The notes under the pieces: model-generated
The model's input: only the letters and a program-made list of their open reading frames with translations
Told to the model about the DNA's origin: nothing
Database searches by the model: none
Assembly (NCBI GenBank): GCA_034667685.1
Contig: JAXDQU010000106.1
Location: 11,610 to 75,609, forward strand
DNA length: 64,000 nucleotides
DNA from: Thermoplasmata archaeon
GTDB taxonomy: Archaea > Thermoplasmatota > SW-10-69-26 > JACQPN01 > JAJPHT01
Direction of reading: 5' to 3'
Part shown: positions 23,938 through 33,228 of the stretch, piece after piece
Numbering within the stretch: the first letter of the stretch is position 1
Layout of the letters: the number at the start of each line of letters is the position of its first letter
Translations under genes and position numbers: made by a program

Positions 23938-25971
23938 ATGCGCATCGTGCCCGCTCTCGTGAAGGCAGGCGCCCAGCACGAGGAGCCCTGGACGGTCGAG
24001 CGCGCGTTGCAGTTCTACAACGTCGAGGGGTGGGGCGCGTCGTTCTTCACCATCAACCCCAACGGGAACCTCTGCGTGACGCCCTACGGCCAGCCGGGGC
24101 CCGTCATCGAGATCATGGACGTGATCGAGGACGCGCAGGAGAAGGGGCTCGGCTTCCCGCTGGTCATCCGCTTCAACGACATCCTGCGCACGCGCGTCGT
24201 GAAGCTCAACGACAAGTTCCGCGACGCCATCGCGTCGAACGGCTACAAGGGCGGCTACTTCGGCGTCTATCCCGTGAAGGTCAACCAGCTCCGCGAGGTC
24301 GTCGAGGAGATCCTGGACGCGGGCGCGCCCTACCACCACGGGCTGGAGGCGGGCAGCAAGCCCGAGCTCTTCGTCGCGCTCGCGCTGAACACCGATCCCG
24401 ACGCGCTCACCATCTGCAACGGCTACAAGGACGAGGACTACATGCGCCTCGCGCTCTCGGGCCGCAAGCTGGGCCGCAAGGTCATCGTCGTCATCGAGAA
24501 GCTCAGCGAGCTTCCGCTCCTGCTGCGCGTGGCGGCCGAGATGGGCGTCGAGCCGCTCATCGGCCTGCGCGCGAAGCTCACCACGAAGGGCGTGGGCAAG
24601 TGGGAGAAGAGCAGCGGCGACTTCGCCAAGTTCGGCCTCACCATCCCCGAGCTGATCGAGGCCGTCCGTCTCCTGAAGGAGGCGAACAAGCAGGACGCGT
24701 TGAAGCTGTTCCACTTCCACGTGGGCTCCCAGCTCACCGACATCCGCACCATCAAGGACGCCGTGAAGGAAGGCGCGCGCATCTACGCCAAGCTGCGCAA
24801 GATGGGGATGCCCGTCGAGTTCTTCGACATCGGCGGCGGCCTCGCCGTGGACTACATGGGGAGCCGCAACACCGACAACAGCAGCACCAACTACACGCTC
24901 GACGAGTACTGCGGCGACGTCGTGTACAACGTGCAGCAGATCTGCGAGAGCGAGGAGGTCCCCGTCCCCAACCTCGTCTCGGAGAGCGGCCGCGCGCTCA
25001 CGGCCTACCACTCCTGCATCATCATGAACGTCTTCGGCAACATCGAGATCGGCTCGCCCAAGGTGGCCATCCCGACCAACGCCGAGGAGTTCGGCGTCGA
25101 GATCGTCAAGCAGATGCGCGAGATCGTCGATGGCGTCACGCCCAAGAGCGCGCTGGAAAGCTATCACGACGCCACCGCCAAGAAGGACGAGGCGCTCGAC
25201 GCCTTCCGCCTGGGCCTCATCGGGCTGGAGGAGCGCGCCGCCGTCGAGGCGATGTTCTGGGAATTGATGAAGAAGCTCGTCCCGCTCACCAAGAAGATGC
25301 GCCGCGTCCCCGAGGACCTCCAGGACATCGAGACGAAGCTCGCCGACCAGTATCTCGCGAACTTCTCGCTCTTCCAGAGCGCCCTCGACCACTGGGCCTT
25401 CGACCAGCTCTTCCCCGTCATGCCCGTGCACCGCCTCGACGAGGCGCCCACGCACGAAGCCACGCTCGTGGACATCACGTGCGACTCCGACGGCAAGATC
25501 GACGAGTTCGTCGGCCCCGAATCCAGCGCGCCCACCGTGAAGCTCCATGATATCAGAGGCAACGAGCCCTACTTCATCGGCATGTTCCTCACCGGCGCCT
25601 ACCAGGACATCATGGGCGACATGCACAACCTCTTCGGACGCACCAACGAAGTCCACGTCTTCGTCGACGACGAGGACCCCGAGGACTTCTACCTCGAGAC
25701 CGTCATCCCCGGCGACATCATCAGCGACGTCCTCGCCCGCGTCCAGTACGAGCCGCGCGAGATGCTCCGTCGGGTCAAGACCGCGATCGACGCGCGCGTC
25801 AAGGACCCGCAGTTCCCGCTGAAGCCCAAGGACGGCGTCGCCATCATGGACTTCCTGGAGCAGACGCTGCGCAGCTACACGTACCTCCTGCCCATGAGCG
25901 CGGACGGCAGCGAGCGCATCACGCCCGCCGCGGTCAAGGCGCTCGAGGCGCCCAAGACCGAGCGCGCATGA
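23938..25971 (+). CDS. speA: biosynthetic arginine decarboxylase (PLP, fold type III)
   Basis: 677 aa. Strong SpeA blocks (FYNVEGWGASFFTINPNGNL, GFPLVIRFNDILRTRV, GGYFGVYPVKVNQ, HFHVGSQ). Confidence 0.8.
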   Translation: MRIVPALVKAGAQHEEPWTVERALQFYNVEGWGASFFTINPNGNLCVTPYGQPGPVIEIMDVIEDAQEKGLGFPLVIRFNDILRTRVVKLNDKFRDAIASNGYKGGYFGVYPVKVNQLREVVEEILDAGAPYHHGLEAGSKPELFVALALNTDPDALTICNGYKDEDYMRLALSGRKLGRKVIVVIEKLSELPLLLRVAAEMGVEPLIGLRAKLTTKGVGKWEKSSGDFAKFGLTIPELIEAVRLLKEANKQDALKLFHFHVGSQLTDIRTIKDAVKEGARIYAKLRKMGMPVEFFDIGGGLAVDYMGSRNTDNSSTNYTLDEYCGDVVYNVQQICESEEVPVPNLVSESGRALTAYHSCIIMNVFGNIEIGSPKVAIPTNAEEFGVEIVKQMREIVDGVTPKSALESYHDATAKKDEALDAFRLGLIGLEERAAVEAMFWELMKKLVPLTKKMRRVPEDLQDIETKLADQYLANFSLFQSALDHWAFDQLFPVMPVHRLDEAPTHEATLVDITCDSDGKIDEFVGPESSAPTVKLHDIRGNEPYFIGMFLTGAYQDIMGDMHNLFGRTNEVHVFVDDEDPEDFYLETVIPGDIISDVLARVQYEPREMLRRVKTAIDARVKDPQFPLKPKDGVAIMDFLEQTLRSYTYLLPMSADGSERITPAAVKALEAPKTERA

Positions 25972-26948
25972 TCCGGGAGCGCCTCGCCCGCGAAGCGCCC
26001 ATCCGCGTGCGCGACGCGATGAAGATGTGTCTAGACGCCTACTAGGGCGGCGGCCGCCCCATTGGGGCGGCCGGAGATTTCTACACCGCCGCCAACGCCT
26101 CGCTCTTCAGCCACGCGATGGCGCGCTTCGCCCACGCGGCCGCGGAGCGCCTCGAAGGCGCGCGCATCGTCGAGCTGGGCGGCGGCACCGGCATCCTCGC
26201 CGCCACGCTGGACGCGCCCGTCACGATCGTCGAGCCCCATGCCGGCATGGCCGCGCAGCAGAAGGCGCGCGGGCTCCACGTCGTCGCCTCGCTGGACGAC
26301 CTGCGCCCGGCCCCCACCATTTTCCTCGCCAACGAGGTGCTCGACGCGCTCCCCGTGCACCGCCTGCTCGGGACGGCCGAGGGCGTGCGCGAAGGCTACC
26401 TCGACGCGGACCTGCGCGAGGTGCCGGGCCCCCTCTCGCCCGAGCTGGCCGAGGCCGCCAAGCGCCTCGAGCATCTGCTTCCGGAAGGCGCGGCGGCGGA
26501 GGTGTGCCTCGACGCGCAGCCGCTCCTCGCGCAGATGGCCCGCGCCGCGCCGCGCGGCTACGCGCTCTTCCTCGACTACGGCGACGCGCCCGAGAAGCTC
26601 AACCCGGCCGGCACGCTGCGCGGCTTCCGTGAGCACCGCGTCGTCCCCCCCTTCGAGGCGCCCGGCGAGCATGATATCACGGCCGACGTCGACTTTCCGT
26701 GGATCGCCACGCTCGCGCAGCGCGAAGGGTGGCGCCAGCACGCGACCACGCGCCAGCGCGACCTCCTCGCCGACCTCGGCCTCGTGGAGGACATGATGGG
26801 CGCGATGTCGCGCGGCGACCACGCGGCCTACCTCGCGGGCAAGAACCTGCTCGTCGGCATGGGCGAGCGCTTCGGCGCGCTGCTCCTCGCCCGCGACGCG
26901 CCGCTCGATCCTCCGCTGCCCGGCTTCCGCGCGAGGGGCCTGCGATGA
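25968..26948 (+). pseudogene. NDUFAF7/MidA-like (COG1565) SAM-dependent methyltransferase, interrupted by an in-frame TAG at 26043..26045
   Basis: ATG overlaps the speA stop (ATGA). The reading frame MIRERLAREAPIRVRDAMKMCLDAY-TAG-GGGRPIGAAGDFYTAANASLF... is continuous and aligns with paralog 26945..27949 (IAAEGPIPFHDFMALALAEYYGRGPAIGPGGDFSTSVRF). The TAG sits where the paralog has Tyr (TAC to TAG). The ORF track only picks up the downstream part from 26118. Confidence 0.5.
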
Positions 26949-27949
26949 GCGCCGAGGCCGCGATCCGCGCGCGCATCGCCGCGGAGGGCCCGATCCCGTT
27001 CCACGACTTCATGGCGCTCGCCCTCGCGGAATACTACGGGCGCGGTCCCGCCATCGGCCCCGGCGGCGACTTCAGCACGAGCGTGCGCTTCCCCGCGTTC
27101 CGCCGCGCGATGGCCCGGCTCGTCGCGCACGCGCGCCAGGCCGTGCCGGACCTGCGCGTGGTCGAGCTGGGCGCCGGCACGGGGCAGCTCGCGCGCAGCA
27201 TCCTCGCCGAGCACCCGGGCCTCGACTACGTCACCGTCGACCCCAGCGAAGCGCTGCGCGAGCGCCAGCGCGAGGCCGGCGCGCGGCCGGTCGCCTCGCC
27301 CGGGATGCTATCACCCGCGCCCTCGCTCGTCTTCGGGAACGAGGTGCTCGACGCGCTCCCCGTGCGCCGCGTGGTGGGCGCGCCCGATGGCGGCCTGCTG
27401 GAGATCGGCGTCGACGTGAAGGAGGGACGCTTCCGCGAGCGGCTGATCCCCATGCGCGACGCGCGCGTCGAGGCGCGCCTGAAGGCCGAGGGCGTCTGGC
27501 CCGCGCGGGGGCAGGTGTTCGACGTCGCGCCCATGCTGGAGGACGTCGTCCGCGCCGCCGCGCGCCTCGTCGATCCCGGCTTCCTCGTCTTCGTCGACTA
27601 CGGCGACCCCGCGCCCGCGCTCTACGGCCCGCAACGGCTGCACGGCACGCTCGCGGCGTACAAGGCGGGCGGGCGCTTCCAGGAGCCGCTCGATGAGCCG
27701 GGCCGCCGCGACCTCACCGCCGACGTCGATTTCACCGCGGTCGAGCGCGCCGCGACGGAGGCGGGCCTGGAGCCGCTCGGCCTCGTCACGCAGGGCGCGT
27801 TCCTCGAAGCGCTGGGCATCGGCGACCTGGGCCTCCCCGACGAGGTGCGCGACGTCGCGGGCATGGCCGGCCTGGGCAGCGCGTTCCACGTCGCCGCGTT
27901 CCGGCGCGGGACGAGCGCCACGCTTCCCGGCTACGCGCCTTCGCGCTGA
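26945..27949 (+). CDS. NDUFAF7/MidA-like (COG1565) SAM-dependent methyltransferase
   Basis: Family blocks (GPIPFHDFM, GDFSTS, VVELGAGTGQLA, FGNEVLDALPV, LTADVDFT). ATG overlaps the stop of the preceding paralog. Confidence 0.7.
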   Translation: MSAEAAIRARIAAEGPIPFHDFMALALAEYYGRGPAIGPGGDFSTSVRFPAFRRAMARLVAHARQAVPDLRVVELGAGTGQLARSILAEHPGLDYVTVDPSEALRERQREAGARPVASPGMLSPAPSLVFGNEVLDALPVRRVVGAPDGGLLEIGVDVKEGRFRERLIPMRDARVEARLKAEGVWPARGQVFDVAPMLEDVVRAAARLVDPGFLVFVDYGDPAPALYGPQRLHGTLAAYKAGGRFQEPLDEPGRRDLTADVDFTAVERAATEAGLEPLGLVTQGAFLEALGIGDLGLPDEVRDVAGMAGLGSAFHVAAFRRGTSATLPGYAPSR

Positions 27950-28380
27950 GCGTCCCGAAGCTCCTCGGCGGCCTTGTGCAGCCTCGCGCGGCGCTCCAGC
28001 AGCGTCTCGACGTGCGCGCGCTGCTGCTCCGCGAGGTAGGAGGTCTCGTGCGCGGCCTCGACGCGCGGCGTGCCGGTCCCCTCGCGGCGCTCTGCCGCGA
28101 TCTCGGCGTTGTGAACGTGCTCCGCGGCGCGGTTCGCGATCCGGCGCAGGCGCTCCGCGTCCGGGGGCGCGTCGCGATCCTCCAGCGCGCGCTGGGCCCG
28201 GTCCGTCAGGCGCCGCATCGCCTCCACCGCGAGGATGCGCCGCGACTCGGGCGCTCCCTCGGTCGTCGCCAGCAGGTCCATGAGCAGCGCGTCGTCCAGC
28301 GCCCGCGCCGCCTCGACGAGGGTCGCCGCGCGGCGCCGCGCCTCCTCCCAGCGGGGCCACGGGTCGTTGCGGATCGGCAT
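27931..28380 (-). CDS. hypothetical helical protein
   Basis: 149-aa ORF, Arg/Glu/Ala-rich predicted helices. 3' end overlaps the convergent methyltransferase gene by 19 nt. Confidence 0.3.
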   Translation of the reverse strand: MPIRNDPWPRWEEARRRAATLVEAARALDDALLMDLLATTEGAPESRRILAVEAMRRLTDRAQRALEDRDAPPDAERLRRIANRAAEHVHNAEIAAERREGTGTPRVEAAHETSYLAEQQRAHVETLLERRARLHKAAEELRDAQREGA

Positions 28381-28469
28381 GCGTCCGGCTCGCCCTGCGA
28401 GGGAATGCCGGCTCTGGCCCGATCCTCGCTCAGAAGCGCTTATCCCGAATCGGCCCCGTCGCGCCGCGC

Positions 28470-30065
28470 GTGCAGCCGTTCCTCCTCGGGGAGCAGCCCC
28501 TCCGCGTGCCGGACGTCGTGGACGTCGCGCGCCGCCAGCGCCGGGTCGCCCTCGCGCCCGCCGCCCGCGCCCGCATCGAGGCCTCCCGCGCGCGCGTCGT
28601 GCGCATGCTCGGCCACGACGCCGACATGCACTACGGCGTCACCAGCGACGCGCGCCTCCCGATCTCGCGCATGCAGGTCGAACGCTACGACGCCAAGAGC
28701 GGCGTCGCGTACGGCGTCACGACCGGCTTCGGCGAGCTCGCCCGCGTCCGCATCCCCGCCGAGGACCTCGAAGCGCTCCAGCGCAACCTCCTCCTCTCGC
28801 ACGCCTGCGGCGTGGGCGACCCCCTCCCCGACGAGGTCGTCCGCGCCCTCCTCCTCCTGCGCGCCGCGAGCCTCGCCGTGGGCTTGTCGGGCGTGCGCGT
28901 CGAGACCGTCGAGGCGATCCTCGCCCTGCTGAACCATGATATCACGCCCGTCGTCCCCTCGCGCGGAAGCCTGGGCGCCTCGGGCGACCTCGTGCCCCTC
29001 GCGCACGCCTCGCTGGTCCTCATCGGCGAAGGCGAAGCGCGCCACCAGGGCAAGCTCATCTCCGGCCGCGAGGCGATGGCGGCCGCGGGCCTCGCGCCGC
29101 TCGTCCTCCAACCCAAGGAAGGCCTCGCGCTGATCAACGGCACGCAGATGATGAGCGCCCTGCTCGCGCTCGCGGTCCACGACGGCTGGGCGCTCGTCCG
29201 CACCGCCGAGGTCGCGGCCGCCATGAGCATCGAGGCGCTCCTGGGCAGCGTCGCCCCCTTCGACGCGCGCCTCCAGGCCGCGCGCCCGCACCCCGGCCAG
29301 GCCGAGACGGCGGCGCACCTGCGCGCGCTCCTGGAAGGCTCGGGGATCGTGGCGTCGCACGCCGACTGCGACCGCGTCCAGGACGCCTACTCGCTGCGCT
29401 GCACGCCGCAGGTCCTCGGCCCCGTCCGCGACGCCCTCCGCCACGCCCAGGAGCGCCTGGAGGTCGAGCTCTCCAGCGTCACCGACAACCCCCTGATCCT
29501 GGAGGACGGCGCGCACAGCGGGGGCAACTTCCACGGCGAGAACCTGGGCCTCCTCTGCGCGTACCTGGCGCCCGCGCTCGCCGAGGTCGCCGCGCTGGCC
29601 GAGCGCCGCGTCGCGCGCCTCGTCGACCCGCGCCTCTCCGAGGGATTGCCCGCCTTCCTCGTGGAGAAGAGCGGCCTCAACAGCGGACTCATGATCCCGC
29701 AGTACGTCGCCGCGGCGCTCGTGCTGGAGAACCAGGTCCTCGCGCACCCCGCCGTCGTGGGCAGCCTTCCCACGAGCGCGAACCAGGAGGACCTCGTGAG
29801 CAACGGCGCCGTGGGCGCGCTGCTCCTGCGCCAGATCCTGGAGAACGCGCAGCGCGTCGTGGGCATCGAGCTCCTCTGCGCCGCGCAGGCGCTCGACCTG
29901 CGCAAGCCGCTGGAGCCGGGCGTCGGCACGCGCAAGGCGCTCGCGCGCGTGCGGCAGGAAATCGCGTTCCTCCACCACGACCGGGTGCTATCAGGCGACC
30001 TCGCGAAGGCGCACGCCCTGGTCCGCGCCGGCGCCATCCTCGCGGCGACCGGAGGCGCGCCGTAG
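28470..30065 (+). CDS. hutH: histidine ammonia-lyase-like MIO enzyme (HAL/PAL family)
   Basis: GTG start. MIO-forming Ala-Ser-Gly triad in GSLGASGDLVPLAH. YGVTTGFG, NLLLSHACGVG, QDAYSLRC blocks. ~25-aa insertion near the N-terminus relative to canonical HutH. Confidence 0.75.
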   Translation: MQPFLLGEQPLRVPDVVDVARRQRRVALAPAARARIEASRARVVRMLGHDADMHYGVTSDARLPISRMQVERYDAKSGVAYGVTTGFGELARVRIPAEDLEALQRNLLLSHACGVGDPLPDEVVRALLLLRAASLAVGLSGVRVETVEAILALLNHDITPVVPSRGSLGASGDLVPLAHASLVLIGEGEARHQGKLISGREAMAAAGLAPLVLQPKEGLALINGTQMMSALLALAVHDGWALVRTAEVAAAMSIEALLGSVAPFDARLQAARPHPGQAETAAHLRALLEGSGIVASHADCDRVQDAYSLRCTPQVLGPVRDALRHAQERLEVELSSVTDNPLILEDGAHSGGNFHGENLGLLCAYLAPALAEVAALAERRVARLVDPRLSEGLPAFLVEKSGLNSGLMIPQYVAAALVLENQVLAHPAVVGSLPTSANQEDLVSNGAVGALLLRQILENAQRVVGIELLCAAQALDLRKPLEPGVGTRKALARVRQEIAFLHHDRVLSGDLAKAHALVRAGAILAATGGAP

Positions 30066-30586
30066 TGCCCCCCGAGCTGCGCGGCGAGCGCGTCGTCCTG
30101 CGCGCGCCCACGGAGCGGGACGTCCCCTTCCTCCTGGCGTTCGCCAACGACCCCGACCTGCGCGGGTGGCTGCGCTTCACGATGCCCACGACCGAGGAGC
30201 TGGAGCTGCGCTGGCTCGCCAGCCTCGACGACGCGCACGACCGCGTCTGGCTCATGCTCGACGGGACGCGCGCCGTGGGCTGCGTCGGCCTGCACGGCTG
30301 GGACCCGGTCGCGCGCCACGCCGAGCTGGGCCTGGGGATCCTGCTCCCCGCGGATCGAGGGCGCGGCCTGGGCCACGAGGCGTGCGCGCTCGCCCTGCGC
30401 CACGCCTTCGACGAGATGGGGCTCCAGCGCGTCTGGCTCCACGTGATCGAGGACAACCCGGCGCGCAAGCTCTACGAGCGCCTCGGCTTCCGCGAGGAGG
30501 GGCGCCTGCGCCGGCACGTCTACAAGCGCGGCGCGTGGCGCGACAGCATCGCGATGGGCCTGCTGCGCGAGGAGCGGCGCGGATGA
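30065..30586 (+). CDS. GNAT family N-acetyltransferase (RimJ/RimL-like)
   Basis: GTG start overlapping the hutH TAG by 1 nt. Acetyl-CoA motif RGRGLGHEA...LGFREEG. Confidence 0.65.
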   Translation: MPPELRGERVVLRAPTERDVPFLLAFANDPDLRGWLRFTMPTTEELELRWLASLDDAHDRVWLMLDGTRAVGCVGLHGWDPVARHAELGLGILLPADRGRGLGHEACALALRHAFDEMGLQRVWLHVIEDNPARKLYERLGFREEGRLRRHVYKRGAWRDSIAMGLLREERRG

Positions 30587-31035
30587 GCGTCTTCCTGCGC
30601 GGGCCGCGCGTCGACGTGCTCGCGAGCGACGCCGCCGACCCCGCCTTCGCCGCGGCGCGCGAGCCGTGGCTCCTTCCCGCCGGCGCGCCCGCGGTCGACG
30701 TGGACATGGACGGCGAGGTGAGCCTCGTCTGGGCGCCCGCGCGCGGCGGGAAGACGGGCGGCAGCCTCGCGCTGGCCGACGTCGACTGGATCGCGCGCCG
30801 CGCCCTGCTCGTCGCGTACCTGGCCCCCGGCGCGCCGCGCGACCTGGCCCGCGAGGCGCTCGCGCTGGTGGTCCGCTACGCGCAGGACGAGCTCGCGCTC
30901 GAACGGCTCGACGCGCAGGTCCGCGCCGGGGACGCGGGGACGCTGGCGGCGCTCGCCGCGCTCGGCTTCGTCAAGGAAGCCGAACGGGTCGACGTGGTCA
31001 TTTGCTCGCGCCGCGTGCCCGTCCACCCGCGTTGA
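30583..31035 (+). CDS. GNAT-like acetyltransferase (divergent)
   Basis: ATG overlaps the previous stop (ATGA). ~150 aa with a GNAT-like C-terminal half (LVVRYAQDELALERLDAQVRAGDAGTLAALAALGFVKEAE). Confidence 0.45.
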   Translation: MSVFLRGPRVDVLASDAADPAFAAAREPWLLPAGAPAVDVDMDGEVSLVWAPARGGKTGGSLALADVDWIARRALLVAYLAPGAPRDLAREALALVVRYAQDELALERLDAQVRAGDAGTLAALAALGFVKEAERVDVVICSRRVPVHPR

Positions 31036-31347
31036 CGGCGCGCGTCGAGAAGCCGCACCGAAGGGTTATGCGCCCCCGGTGGATTGCGCCTTGCGAGGCT
31101 GTGTCATGGGCATCCGGAGCGAGACGGCGGCGTTCGCCGCGGGCGGCCTGGCGCTGATCGGCGCGTGCGTGCTCCCCTTCACCGCGGCGTGCCTCGCCGC
31201 CTGCGGCATCGCGCTCTCCGTGGGCGAGGTCCTCGTCGCGCGGCGCGCCCTCGTGGGCGCCTGAGCCGGACCGCGGCAACCGTTCGGGTGCAGCGCGCGA
31301 ACTTGCATCTTCGCAGGTTTGGGTCGCGGCAGCGAGGCACAACCCCC

Positions 31348-32364
31348 ATGCGCCGCTTCCTTGCCCTCAGCTTGCCTGCCATCCTGCTTCTCTCGGGCGT
31401 CACGCTCGTCGCGTCGAACGCCGCCGCGTCGGACCAGCTCTGGGACTGCCAGAGCCTCCTCAACGATGACGGCACCTGCGCGGGCTCCGTCTGCGCGGGC
31501 AACGGCGGCTGGGGCGAGTGCGCGCCGCAGACGACCGAGAAGGTCTGCACGCAGGGCCACGCGCCCTGCCAGGGGCTCGACGTCCTGTGCGTCTACGGCC
31601 CCAAGGTCAACGAGTGCCTGATGGGCTGCGCGTGCTACATCGGGGGCGCCGCCACCACGCCCCAGCCGTGCGTCGACTGCCCCACGTACCCCATCGTGTG
31701 CGTCTCCGGCGTCACGGCCGGCACGTGCGGCGACGGCGACGACGTGTGCGTCTCGATCGGCACGCTGCCGCGCCACTGCGAGGACCTGCCCGGCACGACG
31801 TGCAACGTGCCGTGCCAGCAGCACGTGGAGTGCGTCGTGTTCGTGGGCTCCGGCGCCGCGGCCGCGACGTGCTTCGTCGATGGCCGCGAGGTCGGCCCCG
31901 TGCAGACGTGCGACACGTGCGCCGTCCTCTTCGGCGTCACCTGCCAGGTCGGCACGGACGCGAACGCCTGCGACGGCGTGAGCCCGCCGCCCTGCGCGTG
32001 CATCCCGGCGAGCCAGCCCCAGCCGATCCCCGTCGCCCTCTGCGTGCGCAGCGTCAACGCGGCGCACTGCACCTGGGCCGGCCAGGACCACCCCGCGTGC
32101 GTCACGATCAGCCAGCAGGTCCCGCAGTGCCTGCCCGACCCCGGCGTGGTCTTCACCTGTGGCGACCTCGCGCCCGCCTGCTCCGACCCGACGAACCCGT
32201 GCGCGTGGGGCTGGATCGAGTGCGGGCCCAGCGGCCTGCCCCCGGTGCGCGCCGCGTCCCCGGTGGAGTGCATGGAGTACTACTGGTCGCAGGACTTCGG
32301 CCCCGTGAGCGTCACGATGCGCGACTCGTGTCACGTCTCGGTCGAGCAGCACGTGCTGGCCTAG
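31348..32364 (+). CDS. large secreted Cys-rich protein (~50 Cys)
   Basis: Signal peptide MRRFLALSLPAILLLSGVTLVASNAAAS, then 310 aa with many Cys pairs (CAGSVCAGNGGWGEC, CTQGHAPCQGLDVLC, CLMGCAC...). Confidence 0.5.
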   Translation: MRRFLALSLPAILLLSGVTLVASNAAASDQLWDCQSLLNDDGTCAGSVCAGNGGWGECAPQTTEKVCTQGHAPCQGLDVLCVYGPKVNECLMGCACYIGGAATTPQPCVDCPTYPIVCVSGVTAGTCGDGDDVCVSIGTLPRHCEDLPGTTCNVPCQQHVECVVFVGSGAAAATCFVDGREVGPVQTCDTCAVLFGVTCQVGTDANACDGVSPPPCACIPASQPQPIPVALCVRSVNAAHCTWAGQDHPACVTISQQVPQCLPDPGVVFTCGDLAPACSDPTNPCAWGWIECGPSGLPPVRAASPVECMEYYWSQDFGPVSVTMRDSCHVSVEQHVLA

Positions 32365-32387
32365 AGCGCGACCAGGCGGGAGCCATC

Positions 32388-33212
32388 CTATCGGACCGCG
32401 ACCGGCTGGCCGTCCTTCTCCCGCGGTGGCGCGCGCTGCGGGCGAACGACCTCCAGGTGAGCGCCCGGCGCGATCCCGACCTCGGAGAGGAGGCGCGTGT
32501 CGCGCTCCATGCCGTGCTCCTCGGCCCATCGTGTGCCCATCTCCGGCAGCGGGGCTCCGTTCGCGCGCAAGGCCCAGCGCCGGCCGTAGGTGAACGGCGG
32601 CAGCCGCGCGTGCGCCTTGCTCAGGCGCGCCCACAGGTCGTCCAGGAAGTCGGCGCACGTGGTCTCCTTGCTCCACGGCACGAGCCAGCCGCCCGCCTCC
32701 GGCCCCAGGAGCGGCGTGGCGTCCACCGCGAGGAAAGCGGTTTCGCGCACGTTCGCCGTGACCTGCTCGATGGCGTGCCGCATGACGGCGGAAGCGGCCG
32801 AGGCGTTGCCCGGTCCCGCGAGCGCTTCGAGCGTGTCGCTGGACGTGAGCGTCAACTCCAGGGAGCGGCGCATCTCGTCGAGGATCTCTCCTCCGTCGGC
32901 GGGCGAGCGCGCCATGGCTTGGGCGTAGGCGTTCACGTCGGTGTCCTTGAAATCGGCCGGCGTGTAGAACACCTTGTTGTTCTTCCAGAGGATGAGGAAG
33001 AAGCACGCCGCCACGCCGGTCGCAAAGAACATCGCGAAGAGGAGCGAGGCCCATTGGACGGCGCCCGTGGTCGTCGTCAGCGCGTAGGCGAACACGCCCT
33101 CCACCAGCGCGACGAACAGGCCGATGACCCAGAGCGGGCTGAGCTGATGGCTCGCAGAAGGAAATCCCGGCACGGCGCTCGCCGCCACGCCAGCAGGGCC
33201 GCGCCATTTCAA
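32388..33212 (-). CDS. hypothetical membrane protein (2 N-terminal TM helices)
   Basis: 274-aa ORF with TM helices LWVIGLFVALVEGVFAYAL and LLFAMFFATGVAACFFLILW followed by a soluble domain. No family recognised. Confidence 0.4.
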   Translation of the reverse strand: MKWRGPAGVAASAVPGFPSASHQLSPLWVIGLFVALVEGVFAYALTTTTGAVQWASLLFAMFFATGVAACFFLILWKNNKVFYTPADFKDTDVNAYAQAMARSPADGGEILDEMRRSLELTLTSSDTLEALAGPGNASAASAVMRHAIEQVTANVRETAFLAVDATPLLGPEAGGWLVPWSKETTCADFLDDLWARLSKAHARLPPFTYGRRWALRANGAPLPEMGTRWAEEHGMERDTRLLSEVGIAPGAHLEVVRPQRAPPREKDGQPVAVR

Positions 33213-33228
33213 GGCGGCAGGTGGACTG

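Noticed and set aside
26043-26045. In-frame TAG as possible pyrrolysine (amber recoding) codon
   Set aside because: TAG clearly terminates other genes here (livH at 16546, diiron gene at 20168). The TAG aligns with a Tyr (TAC) in the paralog, so a point nonsense mutation or sequencing error is the simpler explanation.
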